This document shows, one piece after another, positions 24,889 through 33,413 of a DNA stretch of 64,000 nucleotides. Below the pieces are notes generated by a model. It had not been told where the DNA came from. It worked only from the letters and a program-made list of their open reading frames with translations, and made no database searches. Both the position numbers and the translations under genes were made by a program. The DNA is from Patescibacteria group bacterium. GTDB taxonomy: Bacteria; Patescibacteriota; Microgenomatia; Levybacterales; UBA12049. Each line of letters opens with the position of its first letter. Position 1 is the stretch's first letter. The DNA is taken from contig JBBTXS010000001.1 in the NCBI GenBank assembly GCA_038062115.1, positions 10,607 through 74,606 on the forward strand, given 5' to 3'.

Positions 24889-25902
24889 ATGAAAAAAATA
24901 CCAGACAATCAAATCTCTTTCTATCAATCGACGGATGGATCGGTGAATATTGAGGTACTGTATGCCGAAGAGAACATTTGGCTTACCCAAAAGAAGATGG
25001 CAGAGCTTTTTGATTGCTCATCCGATAATATTTCACTTCATCTAAAAAATATCTATAACGAAAAAGAATTAGATCAAAGTTCAACTACCGAGGATTTCTC
25101 GGTAGTTCAAAAAGAAGGCAGCAGGGAGGTTTCAAGAAGGATTACTTTTTTTAGCTTGGAAGCCATAATTGCTGTTGGCTATCGGGTTAATTCGGAAAGA
25201 GGCACACAGTTTCGTCAATGGGCAACGGGGATTTTGAAAAACTATATCCATAAAGGATATGCTCTGGATAGTAACCGTATGAAATATGGCTCCCGTTTTA
25301 GCACCAGGTATTTTGATGAACTGTACGAAGAAATCAAAGACATTCGTACGAGCGAACGGATGATCTATCAGAAAATTACCGATATTTACGCAACAGCTAT
25401 CGACTACTCACCAAAAGCATACGAGAGCAAACAGTTTTTCGCTACTGTCCAAAACAAGCTTCATTTTGCGATCACAGGAGAAACCGCCGCAGAAATAATT
25501 ACCAACAGGGTAAGCAGTAAGAAAGACAAAATGGGGCTCACTTCGTGGCGAAAGTCTCCGCAGGGTAAAATTATGCCAAGTGATGCGACAATTGCCAAAA
25601 ATTATTTGGACAAAAAAGAACTCACTCGTCTTAATCGTATCGGCAATATGTATTTAGATTATGCGGAAATGCAGGCGGCGAGAGGAAAGGCAATGACGAT
25701 GAAAGATTGGACAGAAAAATTGAACGCTTTTTTGAAGTTTAGCGAATATGAGATTTTGACCAACGCCGGCAGGATCAGCCACATTGTGGCAGAAACTCTT
25801 GCCCTTGCTGAGTACGAAAAATATAAAAAAGTACAGGACAAAAACTACATCTCCGATTTTGATCAGGAGATTAAAAAACTTTTGAAGAAAGCTAAGAAGT
25901 AA
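24889..25902 (+). CDS. RhuM-family protein
   Basis: The N-terminal pattern ISFYQSTDGSVNIEVLYAEENIWLTQKKMAELF ... AVGYRVNSERGTQFRQWATGILKNY matches the conserved core of RhuM-family proteins. Confidence 0.8.
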   Translation: MKKIPDNQISFYQSTDGSVNIEVLYAEENIWLTQKKMAELFDCSSDNISLHLKNIYNEKELDQSSTTEDFSVVQKEGSREVSRRITFFSLEAIIAVGYRVNSERGTQFRQWATGILKNYIHKGYALDSNRMKYGSRFSTRYFDELYEEIKDIRTSERMIYQKITDIYATAIDYSPKAYESKQFFATVQNKLHFAITGETAAEIITNRVSSKKDKMGLTSWRKSPQGKIMPSDATIAKNYLDKKELTRLNRIGNMYLDYAEMQAARGKAMTMKDWTEKLNAFLKFSEYEILTNAGRISHIVAETLALAEYEKYKKVQDKNYISDFDQEIKKLLKKAKK

Positions 25903-26606
25903 TGCCTAAATATTACAACCCAAACCGAAAACGAAATCTTTATGATCCAAGCTCAAAAGAGCCATATAGATTAAGTCGGACAAAGATAGATCTTTTTATT
26001 GAATGTCCACTGTGTTTTTGTTTGGATAGAAGATTAGGTGTTGCACAACCTTCTGGTCCATCTTTTGCTCTTAACACTGCTGTAGATAAACTTCTTAAAA
26101 AAGAATTTGATATTCATAGAGCAAAAGGAAGTTCTCACCCACTGATGAAAAAGTATGGAGTCGGTGCTATTCCTCTTGCTCACCAAAAAATCGATCAATG
26201 GAGAGATGCTTTGGGCGGTGGCATTACTTATCTTCATAGTCCCACAAACTTTATGATTACAGGCGGAATTGATGATATATGGATAAATTCAAAAGGAGAA
26301 CATTTTATAGTTGATTACAAAAGTACTTCAAAAGCTGGAGAAGTAACTTTAGATGATGAGTGGAAAATTTCTTACAAAAGACAGACCGAGATTTACCAAT
26401 GGTTGTTTCGTCAAAACGGATTCAAAGTTTCAAACATAGGTTATTTTGTTTATTGCAATGGAGATACAGATAAAGAAGCTTTCGATGCAAAATTGGAGTT
26501 TAAAATAAAAATTATTTTATACGAAGGAAATGATAGCTGGGTTGAGAAAACAATTTTAAGAGCACACGAATGTTTACAAAGCAATTTGCCCTCTGATTTC
26601 TGGTAA
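25902..26606 (+). CDS. Cas4-like PD-(D/E)XK nuclease (C-terminus apparently frameshifted)
   Basis: It has an N-terminal Cys (ECPLCF), the GGIDD...VDYKS (D...(D/E)xK) core and the QTEIYQW motif. The ATG overlaps the RhuM stop (TAATG). The expected terminal CxxC (GKDCDFCKY) lies in the +1 frame at 26602-26652. Confidence 0.65.
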   Translation: MPKYYNPNRKRNLYDPSSKEPYRLSRTKIDLFIECPLCFCLDRRLGVAQPSGPSFALNTAVDKLLKKEFDIHRAKGSSHPLMKKYGVGAIPLAHQKIDQWRDALGGGITYLHSPTNFMITGGIDDIWINSKGEHFIVDYKSTSKAGEVTLDDEWKISYKRQTEIYQWLFRQNGFKVSNIGYFVYCNGDTDKEAFDAKLEFKIKIILYEGNDSWVEKTILRAHECLQSNLPSDFW

Positions 26607-26766
26607 AGATTGCGATTTTTGTAAATATAGAGAGGCAGTCTCAAATATGTAAAATGAGACAGTTTGATCCCGATTAAATCGGTACAGGTTTATCATCATC
26701 AACAATAGGGCTATTCATCCTCCTTCTCCGTCAGTTGGCGGATTCGGTGGGGTTGAATATTTATAT

Positions 26767-27822
26767 ATGACCATTATTTTTTTCACTCGGCTTTTTTATC
26801 CCCATATTGGCGGCGTTGAGAAACATGTTTTGGAAATTAGTAAAATTATTATAAAAAAAGGTTATAAAGTTACAGTTATTGCCGAACAGCACGATCAAAA
26901 ATTAAAACTTAAAGACAGTATTCAGGGTATAGAAATCTATAGAATTCCAGTTGGAAAAGACGATTGGTTCAAAAAATTTAGAATATGGTTTAAATTATGG
27001 AAATATAAAAATCTGATTAAAACAGGAGATATTATCCATTGCCACGATGTTTTTTTCTGGTATCTCCCTTTTAGATTCTTATATCGAAATAAACCTATTT
27101 ACACCACGTTTCACGGATACGAAGGAAATAACTTGCCATCAAAAAAAGCCATTTTCATGCACAAGATTGCAGAGAAACTATCAAAGGGCAATATATGTAT
27201 TGGCGATTATCTAAAGAAATGGTATGGGACTAAGCCAGATTTTGTGACATATGGCGGCGTAGAAGTATTAAGTATTAAGTATAAAGTATTAAGTATAAAT
27301 AAGGAGAAAAAAATAAAGATTGTATTTGTTGGTCGGCTAGAACAGGAAACGGGAATAATGGAATATCTTAAAGCGCTAAAAATTCTTAAAGAAAAAGGAT
27401 ACGAGCTTCATATGGATATCTTAGGAGATGGATCACGGCGCGGACAAGCTGAGAAGTTTTGCAATGCAAATAAATTAGATGTTTGTTTTAAGGGATTTGT
27501 AGATAATATTGCTGGTTATTTACTTGAATCAGACTTTGTTTTTACGTCTAGATACCTTGGGATATTAGAGGCGTTTGCTAATAAAAAATTAGTTTTTGCA
27601 TTATATAATAACGAAATAAAAGAAGATTATCTTAAGATGTCCTCTTTTGCAAAACACATGATAATAAGTAAAGATGACGACAGCCTTGCATTGACGTTTG
27701 TCAATTTTATAAAGGATCAGCAAGTAAAGAATAGAATATTAGAACGTGCTTTTGAATGGGTAAAGAGTCAGTCTTGGGATAAAGTAAGTCGGTTATACAT
27801 AGATCTTTGGAGAAGAAAGTAA
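26767..27822 (+). CDS. Glycosyltransferase, GT-B fold (GT4-like)
   Basis: The N-terminal FYPHIGGVEKHV and the VFVGRLEQETG start of the C-terminal Rossmann domain fit GT4. Confidence 0.75.
   Translation: MTIIFFTRLFYPHIGGVEKHVLEISKIIIKKGYKVTVIAEQHDQKLKLKDSIQGIEIYRIPVGKDDWFKKFRIWFKLWKYKNLIKTGDIIHCHDVFFWYLPFRFLYRNKPIYTTFHGYEGNNLPSKKAIFMHKIAEKLSKGNICIGDYLKKWYGTKPDFVTYGGVEVLSIKYKVLSINKEKKIKIVFVGRLEQETGIMEYLKALKILKEKGYELHMDILGDGSRRGQAEKFCNANKLDVCFKGFVDNIAGYLLESDFVFTSRYLGILEAFANKKLVFALYNNEIKEDYLKMSSFAKHMIISKDDDSLALTFVNFIKDQQVKNRILERAFEWVKSQSWDKVSRLYIDLWRRK
27264..27298. repeat. Heptanucleotide tandem repeat (AGTATWA)x5 inside the GT4 gene
   Basis: AGTATTA AGTATTA AGTATAA AGTATTA AGTATAA, read directly from the sequence. 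It encodes LSIKYKVLSI at the interdomain linker. Confidence 0.9.
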
Positions 27823-28616
27823 TGAAATCAAAATCAGAATTTTTTTTCAGACGATATTTGCATATTGCTCCTTTAGGTTTGGCTCTTTGGCGATCGGTTG
27901 AGGCTAGGCATTTATCAACAGTTAACTTAAAACGTCCTATCCTTGACATAGGGTGCGGTTGGGGAGAGTTTGCCGAGGCGTTTGGAGAAAAAATTGATAT
28001 GGGGGTTGATATTGCACCTCGCGATTTATATGTTGCGGCAAAAGGAGGCATGTATAAAAATCTTACGCTTGCCGATGCTCGCGATCTACCATTTGCAGAG
28101 AATAGCTACTCATCGATTATCTCAATTAGCACATTTGAACATATTTCAAACGCTGAAAAACTTTTGAAAGAGATGTATCGCGTGCTCAAGCCTAATGGGG
28201 TTCTTGCTATTACAATGGAAACAGAAGAAGTTGATAAGAATACCTTTTACCGTCCATTGCTAAAAAAGATGGGTTTTGGTTTTTTAAGCGATTGGCTAAC
28301 TTATGCTTATAACACAAACTTTAGTCGTCTTAACCTGCCATCAAAAGAAAAATGGATACGAGATATTGAAAAAGCAGGATTCAAAATTGTAATGAAAAAA
28401 GATATCATCTCTCCCGCAATTACAAAGCTTTATGACTTTTTTATTGCGACCTCATGGCCTGCGCAGCTTTTTAGACCAATTATTGGGAGAAGAAAAGTGT
28501 TTAGGCCAAAATTTGCTGAAGACCTTCTTGTTAAGATATTCTTAAAGTACGTTGAAGAGGATGAAAAAATTGGCACAAATCTTTTTATAGTTGCAGAAAA
28601 AGGTATTCGTAGATAA
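27822..28616 (+). CDS. Class I SAM-dependent methyltransferase
   Basis: ILDIGCGWGEF is motif I, and the central region resembles Methyltransf_11. There is a TAATG overlap with the upstream gene. Confidence 0.75.
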   Translation: MKSKSEFFFRRYLHIAPLGLALWRSVEARHLSTVNLKRPILDIGCGWGEFAEAFGEKIDMGVDIAPRDLYVAAKGGMYKNLTLADARDLPFAENSYSSIISISTFEHISNAEKLLKEMYRVLKPNGVLAITMETEEVDKNTFYRPLLKKMGFGFLSDWLTYAYNTNFSRLNLPSKEKWIRDIEKAGFKIVMKKDIISPAITKLYDFFIATSWPAQLFRPIIGRRKVFRPKFAEDLLVKIFLKYVEEDEKIGTNLFIVAEKGIRR

Positions 28617-28636
28617 CCTATTGGTATCATTATAGT

Positions 28637-29101
28637 ATGGATAGCTACATTGATGTAAGTTTTCATGTGATAGTTAGCTTGCTTTTGGGTTATATTATCT
28701 TTAGACTTTTTGGCTTAAGCGATAGAAAAAGTCTTTTGATATCCTTTCTTTTTACCTTTTTGGGGGGTGTATTAATTGACGTAGATCATTTTATTGATCA
28801 TTTCTTGAGTTTTGGCATTAATTTTAATTACGATTACTTTATAAAAGGAGAGTACTTTTTAAAAAGTAATAAGGCATATATAGTTTTTCATGCGGTTGAA
28901 TACATAATTCTTTCAGGCTTACTGGCTATTCTCCTAGGAGATAGAAAAAAGAAAATGATCTTTACCGCGTTGGCATTAGGGATGCTTTTTCATATTCTGA
29001 TTGATATTTTGTTATTCCCCAATCCTATAAAGGGTTATTTTATCCTTTATAGAATGTTGAATGGTTTTAATGTCGATATGAGTAAAGGAATTTTAGAATA
29101 A
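28637..29101 (+). CDS. Small polytopic membrane protein, YdjM/DUF457-like metal-dependent hydrolase (tentative)
   Basis: It has four to five TM helices with a DVDHFIDH motif and conserved His residues. Confidence 0.35.
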   Translation: MDSYIDVSFHVIVSLLLGYIIFRLFGLSDRKSLLISFLFTFLGGVLIDVDHFIDHFLSFGINFNYDYFIKGEYFLKSNKAYIVFHAVEYIILSGLLAILLGDRKKKMIFTALALGMLFHILIDILLFPNPIKGYFILYRMLNGFNVDMSKGILE

Positions 29102-30800
29102 TAAAGATAGAAACTCCAACTAGACTAAGTAGGCTTACAAATTTTAACAGCTTGTAAATAGGAATATCTTCATAGACTACTTTTAATTCGTACAAGCCTT
29201 GAGGAGCTGAAAGGTGAATGATCCCTTTATCTGAAGGTTTAAGAGGAATTACCTTTTCGTTTACGAACGCTTTCCACCCTGGGAAATAGAGAGTATTTTC
29301 TTGAAGCAAAAGAGGGGTTTTTGCAGAAACGCTATAAATATGTTTTGTTGATGCTCTAATAAGATTTTTTATTTCTCCCTCTCCTTTTATTATTTCTATG
29401 TTGCTTTTTGGGCGTTTAGAAAACCATGGATGTTTTATGTCAATCCATTTTGAATTTGCATAAAAATGTCCTTCGCCCTCGGAAGTACTTTTCCAAAGGT
29501 TTGCTTTCAAAATGCTGTCATTAATCTCTGGAATGACTCTTCTATGGCCCCAATTTAGAATAGTATATCCAATAGTGGCAACGATTAGTACATATACAAG
29601 AACATTTCTCTTTACTAAAATTAAACTAAGAAATCCAGCTAGGATTGCAATAGAAAAAGTCAGTAACAACAAAAGACGATGAGATCCCGCTGCTTTAACA
29701 AAAGAAAAATTCTCCCATAAAAATTTTGAATAAGGAGAAATAAGAAAAAGTATTATAAAACTTATAATTAACCAAAACCTTTGATCGTTTAAGTATTTTT
29801 TAGCCGTTTTTTTTAAAAAAAACAAAATAAAACTTGCTATAACAACAAAAATTTGTGTATAACCGATCAAAAAAGATATTTGTCCGATTGGTCCTTGAAA
29901 TAAAAATCCCGCTCTCCATGGAGAATAGAATAATTCAAAAACTTGCGGAAAATATACTGTTGTCACCGGAGCTTTTTGAATGTAAAGATAGGAGTTAAAT
30001 ATAAAAGGAGCAAGCCAAATATAAAGAGAAAGAATTGTAGTAATCATAAAGACATAGATATTTTGCATGAGTCCATTTTTAGCACGATGTTTGTTCAAAA
30101 AAAATATATATGGGGCTATAATGCTTATGGCAAAAAAACCGATTATTGCATGGGACATAATTAGAAGAGAAAGAAAAGTTCCAGCCCACAATAAAAAGGT
30201 AAAATCTTTTTTTTCATAATACTTTTGAATAAAAAAAAATATTAGCGGGAGAATTGTAAATGCCAATATTTCTCCAATTGCTATCTTAAAATGAATGTCA
30301 ATTAAGTGATAGGGGGTAAAGATATAAAATATAGAAGCAGTAAAAGCGGCTAAACTATTTTTTAATAATTTTTGAGAGAATATATACATAAAAATTCCAG
30401 ACAAAATAATATTAAGAGCTAAGAATATTTTCATACTTTCGATAAAACCTAGTCCCAAAAAATGCAAAAAAGATAAAAGATAATAGGGCAATGGGTAGTT
30501 GAAAATAAAAAGCGGATAGCCGTAGGTTGCGTTTAAATCTTTTGCCCAGGATGGCATTATATTTCTATCTATCAAAGAGTCATAGAATGCCATACTTCTA
30601 TAAATATGTATATTAAAATCCCCACTTTCATAGTCGCCATTTCTAAAAATACTTATGATTGGCAATATCGAAATTAGTATCAATAAAAAAAATAAATTAA
30701 TTTTCTGTTTTGGGAAAATGAACTTATAAATTAATAAGCCACTAATTAATATAAGTGAAGAAGCAATATTAACTACAATCATTCTATACGGATCAAGCAT
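29067..30800 (-). CDS. Large polytopic membrane protein, PTPS-related / GT-C-like
   Basis: The protein has more than 12 TM helices. The first-loop pattern GDYESGDFNIHIYRSMAF...PSWAKDLNATYGYPLFIFNYPLPYY resembles the membrane PTPS-related family (COG5617-type). Confidence 0.55.
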   Translation of the reverse strand: MLDPYRMIVVNIASSLILISGLLIYKFIFPKQKINLFFLLILISILPIISIFRNGDYESGDFNIHIYRSMAFYDSLIDRNIMPSWAKDLNATYGYPLFIFNYPLPYYLLSFLHFLGLGFIESMKIFLALNIILSGIFMYIFSQKLLKNSLAAFTASIFYIFTPYHLIDIHFKIAIGEILAFTILPLIFFFIQKYYEKKDFTFLLWAGTFLSLLIMSHAIIGFFAISIIAPYIFFLNKHRAKNGLMQNIYVFMITTILSLYIWLAPFIFNSYLYIQKAPVTTVYFPQVFELFYSPWRAGFLFQGPIGQISFLIGYTQIFVVIASFILFFLKKTAKKYLNDQRFWLIISFIILFLISPYSKFLWENFSFVKAAGSHRLLLLLTFSIAILAGFLSLILVKRNVLVYVLIVATIGYTILNWGHRRVIPEINDSILKANLWKSTSEGEGHFYANSKWIDIKHPWFSKRPKSNIEIIKGEGEIKNLIRASTKHIYSVSAKTPLLLQENTLYFPGWKAFVNEKVIPLKPSDKGIIHLSAPQGLYELKVVYEDIPIYKLLKFVSLLSLVGVSIFIILKFLYSYRH

Positions 30801-30838
30801 GATGGTATAATATAATTTACGAAGTAAAAGAACAAGTT

Positions 30839-33397
30839 ATGAAGGTATCTTTTATAGCAACAGTTTTAAATGAAGAAAAGACAATCGATGACTTTCTAAA
30901 GTCTATTTTTTACCAATCACGAATTCCAGATGAAGTAATTGTTGTGGATGGAGGAAGTACCGATGCTACGGCATCGGTAATCTCAAATCTCAAATCTCAA
31001 ATCTCAAATAAACGAATAAAGTTTAAATTTATCATAAAGAAGGGAAATAGATCGGTAGGGAGGAATGAGGCGATCAGAAAGGCTAACAACGAAATTATTG
31101 TTTGTTCTGATGCTGGATGCGTTTTGGACAAGAATTGGGTAAAAAATGTAATCGAACCATTTTTTGACTCAGGAGTAGATGTTGTGGCAGGGTATTATAA
31201 AGGAAAAGCAAATTCTATATTTCAGAAATGTTTGATCCCCTATGTCTTAGTGATGCCAGATAAAATTAATCCTCAGAGTTTTCTGCCAGCAACGCGCTCC
31301 ATGGCTTTTAGAAAATCTGTATGGGAAAAAATTGGAGGATTTCCAGAAGAATTTTCCTATAATGAAGACTATGTTTTTGCTCAAAAATTAAAAAAAGCTG
31401 ACGCTAAAATAGTTTTTGCTAGAAATGCTATCGTTTACTGGATACCAAGAAAAAACTTTAAAGAAGCATTTATTATGTTTTTCTGCTTTTCCCTTGGAGA
31501 TACAGGGGCTGGAATTTATAGATCAAAAGTTTTGCTTTTATTTGCAAGATACTTAGTCTTGCCTTATTTGTTATTTTTGGCAGTTGTTTATAAATCTACT
31601 ATTCTATCATTTTTTATAACGCTGTCCTTACCTATTTATGTAATATGGGCGATAGTTAAAAATTATAAATATGTAAAAGACAAAAAGGGTTTATTTTTTC
31701 TTCCTTTAATACAATTTACATCAGATTTAGCTATAATTTTAGGAACATTTGGCGGTTTCATAAAATATGTAAGTGTTAACTCGCTATTTAATGTGATTAG
31801 AAAAAATAAGACTGTAAGTATTATTATTGGAATATATATTCTTACAATGTTATCAGTTTTAAACTGGGGCATCCCAAATCCTAATCACCCTTTTTCGTAT
31901 CATATGGATGAATGGCATCAATTGCAGGCAGTGCGCGCAGTTTTTAAATACGGAACGCCAAATGTTGAGGGCGCAGCTAATGGAACAATGTTTCATTTTT
32001 TTCTCTCGGGTGTTTATCTTCTGCCATTTATTATGTTAGACATAGTAAACCCTTTTGCAATAAAGTCAGCTATTGGAGCACTTTTAGTGCAGGAAAGATT
32101 ATTCCAGATCATGAGGCTAAATACCCTCTTATTTGGTATAGCATCGATTATACTAATTGCAAAAATTGCAAAAAATTACTTTAAAATTAATCCATTTATT
32201 GCAGCATTTATTTTTACAGTAACACCTATTTGGCTAATTCTTAGCAATTACTTCAAATACGATATTGCGCTCATTTTTTGGATATTACTTTCTATGCTTT
32301 TTACTCTTCGATTTTGTCAAAAACCAACCCTGGGAAATTTAATAATGGCCTCAGTATTAAGCGCATTTGCCTTGTCTTCGAAAATTAGCGCTTTGCCAAT
32401 TGTATTAGTTTTAGTTTTTTCATTTATGCTATTTACTCCAAAGGCTCACAAAAGTTACAAAAATTTGTTCATTGCCTTATTAGTCTTCTCCTTTACCTTC
32501 GCATTGTTTGGAATACCTGATTTAGTTTTTGGAAAAGGAAACCTATTTGGGTATTTTTATTCCAATGTTTTTACGGTTCCCAAGCTTAGTAGTAATTACA
32601 TTTATGGCAATTGGCTTTATTTATTTTTCTACTCGTTTATATTGGAATTTGGTCACACGCTATCTATTTTATTTGGGTTAAGCTTAATCTTTTGGCTTAT
32701 AAATTTTATAAGAGCCATAAAGAATAAAACATTGAGTCATAAGAAATATGAATTGTTTATTTTTATTGCTTTTGTCATTTATCTTATTAGCCTTCTTCCT
32801 CTTAAAATATATGCGACAGGCAATAGGGCACTTGTACTACTTCCTTTTATGGCTATAATGACTGGATCTTTTTTACAAGTGTTTCTTAAACGGAGAAAAA
32901 AAGTTAGTATTCTTATATTAGCATTGCTTTTTATTCTGCAATCATTCGAATCCTTCTCTTGGGTTTATATGAAATGGGCGAAAAGTCCACAAGAAGAAGC
33001 ATCCATTTGGATTGCGAAGCATACTACACAAGGTACAACAATTGGAATAGAAAACATTCCCATTTATCAATCGCTGCCCGATATTATTGTTAAAGAATTT
33101 TATTTTAAAGAATATAATCAGGATAAAAATAATTTATTTAAATATGAAGTAATCGATAGTAAAACAAAAAATTTGCCAAGTGTAATTGTTGTTTCAAATG
33201 GCAATGGTTCTTTGCATTACGAAAGAAATTCTTCTAAAAAAAACCTGGTAGTTCGTATCCAAAAGGAAAACTATAAACGTGCCGCTGTGTTTATGCCAGA
33301 TTTTACTTTTTTTAGATTTTTTGGTACAGAACAAGGATTTTATTTTTTGCCATTGGTTGCTTCTCCGCTAAGCATTGAGGTGTACAGAAAAATCTAG
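30839..33397 (+). CDS. Fusion protein: GT2 (GT-A) glycosyltransferase domain plus GT-C-like polytopic membrane domain
   Basis: The N-terminal ~230 aa carry VSFIATVLNEEKTI, VIVVDGGSTDAT and CSDAGC. They are followed by ~600 aa with many TM helices and an MDEWHQ loop motif resembling the PMT/ArnT DE motif. Confidence 0.75.
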   Translation: MKVSFIATVLNEEKTIDDFLKSIFYQSRIPDEVIVVDGGSTDATASVISNLKSQISNKRIKFKFIIKKGNRSVGRNEAIRKANNEIIVCSDAGCVLDKNWVKNVIEPFFDSGVDVVAGYYKGKANSIFQKCLIPYVLVMPDKINPQSFLPATRSMAFRKSVWEKIGGFPEEFSYNEDYVFAQKLKKADAKIVFARNAIVYWIPRKNFKEAFIMFFCFSLGDTGAGIYRSKVLLLFARYLVLPYLLFLAVVYKSTILSFFITLSLPIYVIWAIVKNYKYVKDKKGLFFLPLIQFTSDLAIILGTFGGFIKYVSVNSLFNVIRKNKTVSIIIGIYILTMLSVLNWGIPNPNHPFSYHMDEWHQLQAVRAVFKYGTPNVEGAANGTMFHFFLSGVYLLPFIMLDIVNPFAIKSAIGALLVQERLFQIMRLNTLLFGIASIILIAKIAKNYFKINPFIAAFIFTVTPIWLILSNYFKYDIALIFWILLSMLFTLRFCQKPTLGNLIMASVLSAFALSSKISALPIVLVLVFSFMLFTPKAHKSYKNLFIALLVFSFTFALFGIPDLVFGKGNLFGYFYSNVFTVPKLSSNYIYGNWLYLFFYSFILEFGHTLSILFGLSLIFWLINFIRAIKNKTLSHKKYELFIFIAFVIYLISLLPLKIYATGNRALVLLPFMAIMTGSFLQVFLKRRKKVSILILALLFILQSFESFSWVYMKWAKSPQEEASIWIAKHTTQGTTIGIENIPIYQSLPDIIVKEFYFKEYNQDKNNLFKYEVIDSKTKNLPSVIVVSNGNGSLHYERNSSKKNLVVRIQKENYKRAAVFMPDFTFFRFFGTEQGFYFLPLVASPLSIEVYRKI
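30980..31007. repeat. Heptanucleotide tandem repeat (ATCTCAA)x4 inside the GT2 domain
   Basis: Four perfect 7-nt units read directly from the sequence. They encode ISNLKSQISN at about codons 47-56. Confidence 0.9.
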
Positions 33398-33413
33398 TAA
33401 AATGTAAACCTGC

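Noticed and set aside
24038-26766. Integrase gene or att-site duplication of the tRNA-Val 3' end flanking the islet
   Set aside because: No integrase or recombinase-like ORF is present. I could not find a convincing repeat of the tRNA 3' segment (GGTTCGAATCCTCTCGGGTCCA) at 26.6-26.8 kb or near 63.9 kb. The island interpretation therefore rests only on context and composition.
20357-31007. Short tandem repeats considered as a possible CRISPR array
   Set aside because: The units are 7 nt, contiguous without spacers, and lie inside coding regions. No repeat-spacer architecture and no cas genes are present, apart from a Cas4-like nuclease domain that is common outside CRISPR.
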